Source of the DNA: Callorhinchus milii
Lineage: Eukaryota
Length of the DNA stretch: 64,000 bases
Direction of reading: 5' to 3'
Assembly: GCF_018977255.1 (NCBI RefSeq)
Contig: NW_024704743.1
Location: 36,706,001 to 36,770,000, forward strand
Positions 1 through 12,884 of this stretch are shown here, piece by piece (position 1 is the first letter of the stretch; every line of letters begins with the position of its first letter). The position numbers were made by a program, and so were the translations under genes. The notes below the pieces were generated by a model, which saw only the letters and a list, made by a program, of their open reading frames with translations, did not search any database and was not told the DNA's origin.

Positions 1-451
1 AAAAATAAAGCCTTACCTCGACACTAAGCCATATGAAAATTTCCAGGATTAATCCTATTATACTTTTTTTGCCCACAAAAATATACAGTAAATCCATGAG
101 ACGTCTTAACGACATGATAAGGCGCTATATCAACTGTTAGGATTGTTATTATTATTACACTGAGTTAGTTCATCTCTGCCCGGAGGCCAAACAATAGTAG
201 CGCATAATAATCTCATGAACAACAGCAACAAATTACATTTGTATAGCGCCTTTCACATCAGGAGGATGTCACAAAGCGCTTTATGCTTGAGAGAGGAAAA
301 TCAGCCAATCCTGATTCCTATCCAACCACCTCTGTGATGCAACATAGATCCTTGCATTTGATATGACATCGCTAAACTCAAAAGGTCTCAAAGCGTTTTA
401 ATTACTGTCAAGTCTAGTGACTATTTTTGTTGACAAACACACAGCAATTCC

Positions 452-745
452 TGGAGTCCTGTAGCTAGGTGGTTAGAGCACTTGCTTGGCAAGCGAGAGA
501 GCTGGGTTCGATTCCCAGCAGGGCAAAACCTTGGGCAACTTTGCTTACTCCACACGCCTGATAATAATCCCTCAAGAAAATAAAACAATAATAAATTGGT
601 CACTCAATCCACAACTGTTTGTGGGACACTGCTGTGCGCAATTGGTTGCCGCATTTCGCCCTCAAATATACAGTCAATTCACCTTACAAAGACATCTGGA
701 AGGCGTGAAAAGCGCTATATCAAATGCAAGGATTATTATTATTTA
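452..745 (+). mobile_element. Young tRNA-derived SINE (short subtype)
   Basis: Head with A-box-like TAGCTAGGTGG and B box GGTTCGATTCC, body shared with more than 10 copies in the window, tail aaaagcgctatatcaaatgcaagg(att)n. Confidence 0.88.
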
Positions 746-1321
746 TAATTCAATTAATCTGGAGGATTGTTGATCCAGGCTTCAGGAGAATTCCCTCTTT
801 TTGAATAGAATTATATCTTAAACAAATGCACCTTGGATTAATGTCTCATCTGATGGATGACTGTCCAACATTCCAGTGCTCCCAACAAGAGAGTTGAGCC
901 CACAATCTTCTCACTCAGAAGTGAGATTGCCATACATTGAACCAAGCTGACACAAGGGCATCTTTCGTATTGAAACCTTTTTAGTACAGTCATTCAACCA
1001 AAATAGTATTGGCTTAAGCATAGTTTTTTTTATTTAATTTGCAATTAATATTTGATATATATCACACATAGTACAATATCTTATTATGGCAGTAAGTGCT
1101 TCATTCACAGCCTAGGGATCACGTATTGAAGTTCCAGTCCCTCATATCTCTGTCAGAGTTGCGCTAGGTTTGCTTTGTTCTCAGTCTTGGTGCTAAGTGA
1201 AGTGTGTTAAATTAGTGGTTTGTTGGAGCCATAATGGATGAAGGTCTGGGTTGCCAAATTCCAGATATAAATAGAAATGAGATTAGCAAGCCTTCTTCCT
1301 CCACTCCTCACAAACATGCTC

Positions 1322-1452
1322 TGTTCTGATGAAGGGTCGTGGACCCGAAATGTTGACTCACTTTCTCCATAGATGATGCCTGACCTGCTGAGTTTTCCCA
1401 GCTCTCTCTGTTTTTGTTTCAGATTTCCAGCATCTGCAGTATTTTGTGTTTT
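1322..1452 (+). mobile_element. Penelope-type pLTR fragment containing a minimal hammerhead ribozyme motif
   Basis: gtt-CTGATGA-a-GGGTC-gtg-GACCC-GAAA-tgtt-gac at 1323-1357; downstream sequence homologous to 33288-33385, 38789-38950 and the piece next to the PLE ORF at 62853-62950. Confidence 0.78.
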
Positions 1453-1543
1453 GTTCATGCTCCAATGTTGGCTGGTGGAATCACTGTATATGGTTCATTT
1501 ATGTCATTAATTTTTTAAAGACACATCTGAAAAATGCAACTAA

Positions 1544-1868
1544 AATAATAATAATAATAATCCTTGCATTTGATATAGCGCTTTTCACGTCGGGAGGACG
1601 TCCCAAAGCGCTTCACAGAACACACTGTAAAGTGAATTGACTGTATATTTGTGGGTGAACGCGGCAGCCAATTGCGCACAGCAATGTCCCACAAACAGTC
1701 GTAGATTGAAAATGACCAATTTATTATTGTTTTTGGTTTTGGAGGGATTATTATTAGGCTCTGTGTGGAGTAAGGAAACTTGCCCGAGGTTTCGCCCTCT
1801 GCCTGGAATTGAACTCAGGTCTCTCACTTGCAAAGCCAGTGCTCTAACCACTGAGCTGCAGGACTCCA
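1544..1868 (-). mobile_element. Young tRNA-derived SINE, full length
   Basis: Reverse complement of the 452-745 family from the tggagtcctgcagctcagtgg head to the (att)n tail. Confidence 0.9.
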
Positions 1869-1871
1869 CAA

Positions 1872-2040
1872 TGAGAGCGAGTGGGTGAGAAAGAGAGGAC
1901 GAGAGCGTGAGAGATGGTGTGCGTGTGTGTGTGTGTACGTGACAGGCTGCGTGTGAGAAATAGAGTGTGTGTGAGAGTGTGAGCGTGTGTGTGAGAGTGT
2001 GAGCGTGTGAGAGAGAGTGTGAGCGTGAGAGAGAGAGGGA
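1872..2040. repeat. Compound (GA)n/(GT)n microsatellite
   Basis: Mixed gtgtgt/gagaga/gagcgt runs. Confidence 0.9.
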
Positions 2041-2087
2041 CAAATGAGTTCATGATTAGAAATCTTAAATATTAGTGAGATTATGAG

Positions 2088-2485
2088 AATAATCATCATT
2101 GCATTTGATATAGCATCATTTAGTTGAAATGTCTCGAAGCGTTTCACAGGATTTTATTGTAATGACTCGTGTGTGTTTATTTGTGACAAATGTGACAGCC
2201 AGTTTACACAGCAATACCCCACAAATAGCCAAGAAGTGAATGACCAATTTTACCTGGAGGATTATTGGCCAGAACAACAGGAGAAACTCCCTTCTCTTTT
2301 TGAATAATGCCTTTAGCATCCACCTGAACAGGCAGACAGGACCTGTTTAACATCTCATCCAAAGGTTAGCAATGTAGCACTCTCCCAGTACTCCAAACAG
2401 CCTCGACTGTGAGTTCTGACGTGGAGTTTGAACCCTCAATGTTCTGATTCAGAGGTAAGAGAGTAGCATCAACAGAGCCAGGCTG
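2088..2485 (-). mobile_element. Older tRNA-derived SINE with Deu-like central domain
   Basis: Reverse complement contains gatgagatgttaaac...ctgtctgcctgttcaggtgga...ggagtttctcctg...ctggccaataat...ggctatttgtggg...tgctgtg; related copies at about 760-955(-), 5975-6348(-), 6700-6850(-), 14945-15275(-), 30560-30880(-), 33915-34200(+), 40145-40470(+), 41865-42290(+), 59640-59880(+). Confidence 0.72.
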
Positions 2486-3019
2486 AAAACCAATGGGCTA
2501 AAGATAAAGAGACTTGTGTGGCACGAAAATTCAATGTTATTTTAAACTGATTTAAAACAATTTTCTGACACTACGAAGCGGTGGATATTGTTATGAATAG
2601 GTGGTAATCAGGAAGCTTCAGTACCAAATATTCCCCTCAATAGTAAGGCAACAAAAACAAAAACTTGCATATTTATATAGCGCGTTTATCAAGTGAAACG
2701 CTTAACTACTTAAAGGTTAGCAATCAATCTGTCAACAGCTTTATGATTCAAATAATTTTAAGATTCAATTAATTCTAAGAATCAGGGCTGGCTGATTTTC
2801 CTCTCGTAAGCATAAAGCACTGAGATCATTATGCGCTACTATTGTTTGGTCACAATGTTTGAAGATGTCTTGAAATACATTTGATGAATTACCAATGTCG
2901 TTTGATTTGTCAAAGTCTGCTGGGAAACGTCCAAGTCTGAGCATGTGACAGAAAAGTTAATGGAGGCAGGGAATAAAAATAATAATAATAATAATCCTTG
3001 CATTTGATGTAGCGCCTTA

Positions 3020-3376
3020 TCCTCATACTCGTTTTCAAATCCCTTGACTCCCTGGCACCTTCCTACCTTTCTGACCTCCTCGCTTCCCGATCCACCACTC
3101 AGCGCCTCCGCTCGACTGGCACCAGCCTCCTGCTTGTCCCTCGCACCCTCCACTCCACCATCGAAGGTTGTGCATTCAGCCACTACGCCCCAAAACTCTA
3201 GAAAACTCCCTCCACCTTGTCTCTTTTCTCCCCTTTTTCAAGTCCCACCGCCCCTTACGGTGCTTGCGGTCACTGCCCTACACCCCCCCCCCAACGACTT
3301 GGTCAGGTTCCGCCACTGTTAAACGCTTTAAAACACTACCCTGGGTGGAGGGTGCTATATGTGCAAGTTGTTCTTG
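3020..3376 (+). mobile_element. Degraded L2 LINE 3' fragment (type B tail)
   Basis: Similar to other L2 3' ends; ends gtggagggtgctatatgtgcaagttg. Confidence 0.65.
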
Positions 3377-4538
3377 TTATCACGTCAAGACATCTCAAAG
3401 TGCTTCACATAATATACTGTAGAGTGTAGAAACAAAATGCCCGTCCCAATTATAATATAATAATGATGCTTTTATTTGATATAGCGCATAATCACGTTGT
3501 TGAGTCATCTTAAATCACTTCACAGTATATACTATAAAGTGAATTGACTGTATATTTTGTGGGCGAAACGTGGCAGCACAGAGTTGTGGATTGAGTGACC
3601 CAAATATTATTATAACTTTTGTTTGAAGGGATTATTACTCCCGGAACGTGATAAAGGACATTAGGAGTGAAACTTCTTTAATAAATAAACAGGGATTGTG
3701 TGTTGGTGCTGATCATGAATTGAACTGGGTAAGCATTTTATGCATTTTTAGGGCTGTACACAAAAGGAGAATGGAAAAGTTAATGAATAAACAAGAAGCA
3801 TTCTAATCTTGAAAGGAGTTTATTGCAGTTATTGCTTTAGATTGTTTCTGCCGCCATTAGTTAAACACTAAATTCTTAACCATCCCCTTGTGGACCTAAC
3901 CAAATTCATCACACCATATTTGCTTCTAATCCAGTTGAATCCTTTCTTTGCCGTATAATCCAAATTCATCCTCCCTAGCCGGCTTCTCTCAGTTCCCAGG
4001 CTGTGATTTGGTTGGACTTCTCTCCCTACTGGCTCGCTCTTTTTTAATGAGAGTTGCACGATGGATTGGGCCTCTCTGTTAAATGGCACCAGCTTCAAAG
4101 CATTACTGCTGATCAAAGAGTCTTGATACCACTGCATCTGTCAGTCAGCAGAATGTGCACTGATGGGGAGAGACAAAAAAAAGTAGTGCAGTGTTTTGTG
4201 GATGGGAAAGAGCTAAGAAAGCAAATGAGAGAAAAATAGAAGCGCGAATCAAAAATAGTCACTGGAACAAGTCGAGAAGGTAAAAGTTAAAGTTATCCTC
4301 TCTGCCATTTCACACATATACTGAGTGGTCAGTCAAACAATACGCAGATTTCTGGTAAGAAGTCATTTGTCTGTAACAAGATATGTGGGTTAACCCATAC
4401 TGAAATAGAGGCCTCTGGTCTGAAAGTAGTTGATATTGTTAATATTGTTAATGATAGTTTATTTTGTTCTTACAATATTTTGTAATGTGAGCCACTATTG
4501 AAAACCTGACAATAACTGCTGCTACAGAAAATGTAAGG

Positions 4539-4769
4539 AGAAATTCCACTTAGGTCCAGATTTACTCTTATTTACTAGCATTTTAAAGTGTTCAGAATTT
4601 GGAAAATTGTTGAATTCAGTTTTAACTATGATGTCCATTTTCTACAGTTCTTAAAGGAACTTACCAAAAATCTGCTTCAAAATTAAGGCTGTATCTAAGA
4701 ATTTGTCAAATTCTAGATGCTCTAAAATGCCATATAAATAGAGTAAATCTAGCCCTAAGTGGAATTTCT
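4539..4769. mobile_element. Foldback/MITE-like palindromic element
   Basis: agaaattccacttaggtccagatttactct at the left end is nearly the reverse complement of agagtaaatctagccctaagtggaatttct at the right end; core related to 12635-12884. Confidence 0.8.
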
Positions 4770-6899
4770 TCCCAATTACTAGAATTTGTGTGCGTTGCTA
4801 TGGTTGTTGATTAGCCTTTTTCTTTCTCCCTCTCACATTTCCTGTGAACCTAAACTATTCTGCTATTTGAGCCTGATGTTAATCTCACTGAGTGAAAATT
4901 GACATCAGTATCAAAGAAAATGTAAATAAGACTGCATGACAAAGACTTTGCAATTAGGAAAGCTTACAGATAGCTCGCTCCTCTATTTAAAACCACTCCA
5001 AGGACAGTCCAGCTCCTGTGAAATGCTAAATAAATAAGAGCCCTCGAGGTTAGCAGCCCCGTCTTGTTTTTCATTAACAAGTAATTATCGCTGATCGTCC
5101 CCCCTTCGCTTCTACAATTCAGCCACAAGACAGACACGAGTCATACAGATACAGGGAAACCTCAATTTAGCTGAATCGGCTGGGTCCAGTTTCTCAATGG
5201 CTGTGTTAGCNTTTTTGAGGTAGTGACAGCCCAAATTGACTGGGAAGCCAAATGATGTAGTTTCAGCACCTTGGTACGTTCTCCCGACATGAAAGGCACT
5301 ATACAAATGTAATTTTGTTGTTGTTGTTATACCCAGACTTCCAATAGGCATTCCACAAGTACCACATGAAAGAACTCCTTCACAAACTGTAGTCACTGGT
5401 TATTAAGGGCAAGACATGGGTTCAGAATTGGCTGAAGGGAAGGAAGCAGACGATTTTTGTTAGGGGAGTTTAGGAAACTAGACTTTCACAAGAGGGAAAC
5501 AAACAACAACAGTTGTTGTCAAGGGACGTGGAGCCGGCTGAGCGGAGGGAATGGGCGGGTTGGTAGGGGGTTAGGAGGTCACACAGGTAGGGTGGGGCGA
5601 TATGACTTGACCAGGAAACTGTGACCAATAAGAAAATTCAAGGATCAAAATAATGAACTACAATCTAAGAAGGGTTTGTTTTTGAGCACCAAATTCTAAT
5701 TCAATTGGACAAGCCAAATTTCCTTAATTATTTTTCTTTCTTGCTGTTTTTCAACATCAAATTCCATCTTTCCTCCCAACATCACAAAGAGGGAATCTCA
5801 ATATCATGACCAATGTTGAAAAAATAAACACTATAAAGAATTTTGATTAACTTTCACATCATTTATTTTGTCTATTTCTGTTTATTATTTTGCTTGAACA
5901 TGGTAAGTGATGATGACATTATTAAGGAAACAGTGGAAGGGAGCTGAATTACATCAATGGAATCCATCATTGATAATAACAATAAACCTTACATTTGATA
6001 TCATTTTGTGAGGACGTTTGAAAGCACTTCACAGGATTTTACTGTAATGGCTTTTTATTGTAGACAAAACATGGCAGCCTATTTGCACACAACAAAAACC
6101 CACAAACAGCCATGAAATGAATAACCAGTTTTAATTGGGGATTGATGGTTAGGACAGCAAGAGAAACTTCCTTCTCTTTTTGTGTTGTACCATGGGATCT
6201 TTAATGTCCACCAGACATGACCTTGGTGTAACATCTCATCAAAAGGACGACAACTCCAACAATGCAGTGCACCCCCAGCACTCCACTGGAGTGTCATTCT
6301 AGAGTGTGAGTTAGAGGTAAGAGAACTACCAACTGAGCTAAGCTGGCAATGCCCTAAAGGCATTGGTATCGGAGCTTCTACTGCTAATATAACATAATTG
6401 ATACTGTATAAATAATTAGTATTTGCCAGCAGTTATACATCTAATTGATATGATAGAACAATTCTATAACACCTGATATGTTGAAACATTGCAAAGAGCT
6501 TTATAGTCAAGTATAGTTACTAATTTTTATGTCGGGAAATGTGACAGCCAGTTTTCCACATGGCAAGACCACACAGAACAGCTATGAGTTTTTCGCCCAC
6601 AAACTGTACAGTCAATTCACTTTACAGTATATTCTGTGATATGCTTTGAGACGTCTCAATGACGTGATAAGGCGCTATATCAAATGCAAGGATTACTATT
6701 ATTACAAGATGAATGGCCAATTTATCTGGACGATTATTGGACAGAATACTTCTGTTTTCGAATAGCACCATGGGATTTTTAATGTCCACTTGAGGACAGG
6801 GAAATCTAAATTTAAAATCTCATCATCAGAAGAGCAACATCATCTCTGTTTGATTATATAATTTGCTTGGTTTGATGTTTGTTATTCCAGGAAAAGGTC

Positions 6900-7100
6900 C
6901 TGCTCGGCTCAGGAACTGGACTATTGAGACCGCCGCAGAGCATTCTGACATTCCATTGCCAAGCATGTCAGGGGTAGCCAGCCCAGCTCCAAAGAAATTC
7001 CACTTACCCACCCTCACCCCCGAGGATAGTTACAAGTTGGTCATTTGACATCTGACAAGCATAGGGTTGAGCCCTCAATTGATGCATGGCAGGTTCTAGA
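6900..7100 (+). repeat. Unclassified interspersed repeat, copy 1
   Basis: Shares gacattccattgccaagcatg and gttggtcatttgacatc with 26570-27010(+) and 53940-54380(-). Confidence 0.7.
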
Positions 7101-7146
7101 AATGCCCGGTGAGCTTCCTGGTGGGCAACACAGCTCAGCATGAAAC

Positions 7147-7459
7147 ATAATAATAATCTTTGTATTTTATATAGCACTTTTCACGTCTTTGAGACGTCTC
7201 AAAGCGCTTCACAGAATATACGGTTAAGTGAATTGACTGTATATTTTGTGGGCGAAACGCGGCAGCCAATTGCGCACAGGAGTGTCGCACAAACAGTCAT
7301 GGATTGAGTGACCAAATTATTATTGTTTTTGTTTCCTTGAGGGATTATTATCAGGTTTGTGGAGTAAGGAAATTTGCCCAAGGTTTCGCCCTGTCGGGAA
7401 TCAAACCCGGGTCTTTTGCTTGCGAGGCGAGTGCTCTAACCACTGAGCTACAGGACTCC
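7147..7459 (-). mobile_element. Young tRNA-derived SINE, full length
   Basis: Reverse complement of the family consensus from head to (att)n tail. Confidence 0.9.
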
Positions 7460-7544
7460 TATGTGAGAGCATTGCCCACACCTTTCCTCCCACAGCTTGG
7501 ACACACATACCAGACATGCCATTTCATCAGAGACTGATGAAATC

Positions 7545-8453
7545 AGAGACCGAGGCCCTCCTGATTGGCTCACGTCAGCGCCTCCGCACCTCAGGCGCTG
7601 ACACCATCAGCATCCAAGGCTGCACTCTCCACCTCGCAAAGCCAGTCAGGAACCTCGGCGTTTTGTTCGACCCTGAGCTGTCCTTTCTCCCTCACATCCG
7701 CACCACAACTGGCACCGCCCTCCATCACCTCCGGAACATCGCCAGACTACGGCACTACCTCACCCCTCACGCTGCTGAAACCCTGGTTCACGCCTTTGTC
7801 ACCTCAAGGCTGGACTATGGGAACTCTCTCCTCGCCGGCCTTCCCGCCACCTCTCTCCACAAGCTGCAGGTCATTCAGAACTCTGCAGCTCGTGTACTGT
7901 CCCGCACCAGGCTTCGCGACCACATCACTCCCACCCTCGCTCGCCTCCACTGGCTCCCCATCCCCCAGAGGATTGATTTCAAGATCCTCATCCTCACCTA
8001 CAAGGCCATTCACGGCCTCGCTCCCTCCTACCTCTCCAACCTACTATCCCCCTACCTACCTGCCCGTACCCTCCGTTCCTCTGGCTCCGGTCTGCTCCAC
8101 GTCCCCCGCCCCAACCGCCCTACCATCGGTGGTCGGGCCTTCAGCCTCTCAGCCCCCAGGCTCTGGAACTCCATCCTCCAGTGCCTTCGCCGCTTCCTCC
8201 CTTTCCTCCTTCAAGGCCGGTCTCAAAACCTTTCTCTTTGACCGAGCCTTCAGCTCCCCTCTCGACTCTCTTCCCCCTCCTCGCTCCCTCCCTTCCCTCC
8301 CCTCACCCTGACCATTTCCCCCCTCCTCGCTCCCTCCCCTCACCCTGACCATTTCCCCCCTGCTCGGGTCATGACCCAACTGTGCAGCGCCTTGGGACGT
8401 CCTCCTGACGTGAAAGGCGCTTTATAAATGGAATCTTGTTGTTGTTGTTGTTG
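7545..8453 (+). mobile_element. 5'-truncated L2-clade LINE (ORF2 C-terminus, 3' UTR, (GTT)n tail)
   Basis: ORF 7516..8241: LGVLFDPELSFLPHI...LVHAFVTSRLDYGNSLLAGLP...LHWLPIPQRIDFKILILTYKAIHGLAPSYL...RAFSLSAPRLWNS, typical of L2 ORF2; 3' hairpin and ttgttgttg tail. Confidence 0.93.
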
Positions 8454-9277
8454 TAGTTATTCCCAGTGCCCTGACGAATCCTCAAGATTAATGATTTATT
8501 TTATGGCTATTTGTGGAACTTTGCTAGCACAAATGGCTTCAACAATTATCTACAAAAACACTTGACAAAGAATACTTGCAAAATGTTTATAGACATTTCA
8601 ATATGAGGTGCTTTTAATAATACAAGATGTGGCATTATTATTATTCCAGTTTTCAAATACCACATATCAACCCCCAAATCACAATTTTCTTCTCTCACCT
8701 GCCCACAAATGTCTAAATCAGCCAGTACTTTAAGCTGTGAACATGGTTTGCAGTTTCTAAATTATTCTTACTTGTCGTTCGTAGAACACCTAAACACAAA
8801 CCTGTAAACAAATTTTCAATATTACAAAGTAGAAAAAAGTAGATGGAATAATAGACCAAACTAATCCAACAATATCCTATGTGAAAGAAAACTTGTACTT
8901 TTTTTTATTTCATGCATTAACAGCCGCCCTCAAAGTAATTTGTGTCAATGCCATCCTTTGACCTTATTAATAGCAATAATTTCATTGTGTACATTTTTTA
9001 CTAAGATCCTGCCCTCTGTCCCCAATACTGACTGACATATTAATCCAGATTGAAATCTATATCATTGCCCAGTTTTTTTTTCGTGTTAAGAACAGCTCAT
9101 CATGATCTACTACAGTATATTGCCCTTGCTATTTTTTCCTAGCAACCACCAGATTTATTTATTCATTGTGTGACAAGGAAACGAGAGATAATCTGCATCA
9201 AAATGATTTAAAATTCTATGTGTGTGTTATGTACTCATGACTTAAGATTTAATGATTTAAAATTCTATGAGTGCGTT

Positions 9278-9697
9278 ATACAAGCTGCAGATTATCCAGA
9301 ACTCTGCAGCTTGTGTCATCTCCAGGCTCTGCGAGCGACATCACTCCCATCTTCGCCGAGCACCACTGCCTCCCCATCCCCCAGCAGATCAAATTCAAAA
9401 TTCTCATCCTCATTTTAAAATGCCTCCATGGCCTGGTCCCATTCTATCTCTACAACCTTCTGCGACCACACAGCTCCAGGCCCTCCATCCACTCAATAAA
9501 CATTGGCATGCTTCATTTGCCCCCACAATTGAAATCCTCCTCCTTGCCCTCTCTTTGCCTTCAAACCCACCTCAAAATCTGTTTCTTCGATCATGGTTTC
9601 AGTCTTCACCCTTCCTTAGCTCTTCCCCTCATGTCGGCGGTGTGAAGTGCTCTGAAATAACCGATGTGAAAGGCGCTATATAAACAAATTGTTGTTG
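9278..9697 (+). mobile_element. Degraded L2 3' fragment
   Basis: KLQIIQNSAA and LPIPQQIKFKILIL...HGL; tail gaaaggcgctatataaac...ttgttgttg. Confidence 0.8.
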
Positions 9698-11934
9698 TAT
9701 GTCTAACACTGATATATTTTTCTGTCAGGGTGCTCTATGTTCCATTGCACACAAGACCTATACCACTTGTTTTTAAAATGCATGATATTTTGTATGGCTG
9801 CTTTGAGACGTTTTCTCTCAAAGTGAAAGGTGCTACAAAATGTATTGCTTACTTAAGATGTACATACTTAATTTCCTCCATGGAAACCAAGCTATTTTTG
9901 CTCTCAAATATGACTTTCATGGTATATCGGATGACATGTCCCTTAATTGACCACTGTTGTGCATTCAGTACTACATACTAGGGAAATTCAGCAACACAAT
10001 GTTGCCATCCTCTGCCATCCAATACATGTTTGAGAACAGAACAGTTTAACAGGATCATGGTTTTAGTGTGGTTAATAGTTATGTTTATCCTATTTACCTC
10101 GCTATTACATTTTTCTGGTGTCTGCAGTTAATTTAGCCATTTCTTTTAGCATAAATCTTTCAGCATAGTGAAGTGACAACAAGTGTTTGAATCTCGCTCC
10201 ACATGATTCCTGACCTCAGTCATGGCCAGTGAGTGGGTTCCACTAGAGTTTTGTGGCATGTTTCACCAGTCAGAAGGAAAGTTGGAGATAGAGAGCTACA
10301 ACACCTCCTAGTTGTGGATACATTGGGAGTGGCCTGGTCAGGCTGCAGCTGAAGTGGCTCAAGCCAAGCAGAAAAAGGGGATAAAATATGGCGGAAGGCA
10401 AAAGTGAAAAGTCAAGAGAAATTTAAGATTCCATTTTAAATTTCCGTTTGAGCAAAATAAAATGTTTAAAATAAAAAATTGGTTGGGGGAGAGGTTGGTT
10501 GGAACATTAACTTTTTGAAGGGTTTGATCCCAAAACTGTAGAGTTGGCAGTATTTCAGGATACAGAATGTTCTGGGTGGAAAGCAAAGCTCCCCCCGTCC
10601 CCCTGTTTGAAAATCTGGTCTACCATCTGCTTCCTCTCCTCTGCCTTTTTAGTCAGCCAAAAAATGGAATTACATTTTTGAAATTGATGCTGTCTTAAAA
10701 CTGAGGCCAGATTGTGCAGGATAATTTAGCTCCATTATTAGGTAAAATTACCATAGATGTGGAAAGACGGACTAATCCTTTTGTGGCCTTCACTTTGTGC
10801 AAAATTGGAGATCATCAAATTCATGATATTGGCCCAAATTAATGTTCTTATATGTATGAGATATAATGTTCACTTCCATTAAAATTAAAGGTATTTCAAG
10901 GACATTGAAAGTTTCTTGTTCTGCTTTCTTTTTGTCAAATGGTAAAAAATTCTTGCAAGAGTAAAGCTAAAAATAGTCCAGGATCCTGAAACAGACTTCA
11001 TTTATATTCCACACTAGTCACACACATTGCAGCGTTCGTTCCCCTGGTCCAGTTAATGCTCAAACTGGAGTGAAATGAAGGAAGTGTCAATGCTCAGAAA
11101 CCTGGTATTGTAGTATGTAACTGGAAAGCTGATCCCCACACTCAACCCCACGGAATCTTGAAATGAGATGTTTATTCACACTGAGCCCTACTGACCCTCT
11201 ACATTAAGCTCCACTATCCCCCCTGCTCAATTTCAATGATAGTATTCACTTCCACAAGTGAAGCCAGCAGGGCACCGTAAATTATGGGTTCTCAATTTTT
11301 CTTTATAAAGACTTGTCAGCAAATTTTGTGATTCTGCATCTACTTTAACCCCAAGTGTAATGCCACGGAGATGGTGTTCATGTGCCAGTGTTTAGATATT
11401 AAAGGAGAACAAATCAAATTCTTTGAGCAACACTAAAATATTTGTCATAATTATCAGAATGTTCTTGGTATGACTCGTAATTGAAAACCTATAGTGACTG
11501 GAGGACAAGAGAAACAACAATTTAAACCACTTACAGGATCACTGAATAGTACTCAGCATTCACCAATTTTGCTCTTCCTTGATTCAGGTGATGTGAAATC
11601 AATCGTAGCATCCTCAATGCCAATGAAACTAAAATGAGCTAATTCAGTATAGATCAAATGTCAAACCTAAGACTTAATTTAGTCTAATCATGATTGTTTA
11701 TGGGCACTGTTGTGTGCAATTGACTACCATGTTTTGCGCACAAAATACACAGTCAATCCACTTTACAATGCATATATGTATCCCGTGAAACATTTTGAGA
11801 CGTCTCAACAATGTGATAAGGCACTATATCAAATGCAAGGATTATTATTATTAAGATGTTCCTGCCTGTATGGCTCTGTACCACACCACACAGTGCATTT
11901 ATATTAGGGGAAACTGATTATTCAACAAAGACTT

Positions 11935-12098
11935 CTGATTGGGAGAACATAAATAGACTGTTTCCTCTGTTTGGTGAGTCCATGACCAAGAGGGTAATGA
12001 AGGTAATGAGATTGTGGAACTCACAGCCTGAAGCAGTGGTTGAATCAGATAGTGTAGTTGCATTCAAGAGGAAAGCAGACCTTCACATGAGGGAGAGA
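11935..12098 (+). mobile_element. CR1 LINE 3' fragment
   Basis: RLFPLFGESMT...RVMRLWNSQPEAVVESDSVVAFKRKAD, a CR1 ORF2 C-terminal signature. Confidence 0.7.
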
Positions 12099-12099
12099 G

Positions 12100-12305
12100 G
12101 AATAATAATAATCCTTGCATTTGATATAGAGCTTTTCATGTCTTCTAGATGTCTCAAAGTGCTTCACAGAATATACACTAAAGTGAATTGACTGTTTATT
12201 TGTGGGCAAAACGCAGCAGCTGATTGCACATAGCAGTGTCCCACAAACAGTCGTGGATTGAGTAAACAAATTATTATTGTTTTTTTGAGGGACTGTTATC
12301 CCCAG
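12100..12305 (-). mobile_element. Young SINE 3' half
   Basis: Reverse complement of the SINE body and tail. Confidence 0.82.
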
Positions 12306-12634
12306 AAAAGAATATGTATGGGATGGAGTAAGGAATGGGTCAAGACCCGGGTTGAGTATAAACACTGACACAGACAGGTTGAGTCGATTAGCCTGTTCCA
12401 TGCTGTACGTTCTTTGTAATCTTTAGCAATATTATTTTTCATCAGTATTAACCACAGTCTCAGATACACGACCAAAAGAGAATTTAAGATATTGCCAAGC
12501 ATGATTTGAGATTATCCTCGGTATCTGGGCACCAGTATGTATTCTGATTTAATCACAGGTATAGAATATTTATAAATTTGCTGTATTTCTCTTCAGAATT
12601 GAAAGTTTGTTCGTCGTCACCTTTTTCTTAACAT

Positions 12635-12884
12635 AGTATTATTGAGATCCTAGAGATCTAAAATACCTTGTGATATTATGCCTTAAAATTTAAGGTAGTG
12701 CAGAATTTTGGAATGGTCTTAAATTCAATCTTAATTTCAAGCCGTTTTTCCAATTTCTTTTAAGAACTGCAGAAAATAGGATTCCAATTTAAGACTGAAT
12801 TTAAGAATTTTCCCGAATTGTGCATGATGTTAAATTTTAACGCAATGGTTTTAAGGCCGTGAGGTTTTTTGGGACAACAATACT
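12635..12884. mobile_element. Foldback/MITE-like element related to 4539-4769
   Basis: agtattattg...caacaatact outer arms; cttaaattcaatcttaa / ttaagactgaatttaag inner arms; core ttttaagaactgcagaaa is antisense to ttctacagttcttaaa at about 4641. Confidence 0.7.

Noticed and set aside
1585..2147. His/Thr/Ser-rich ORFs
   Set aside because: Translation of a microsatellite plus SINE
7516..8311. 241-aa and 248-aa ORFs as host genes
   Set aside because: These are the L2 ORF2 C-terminus and its C-rich alternative frame
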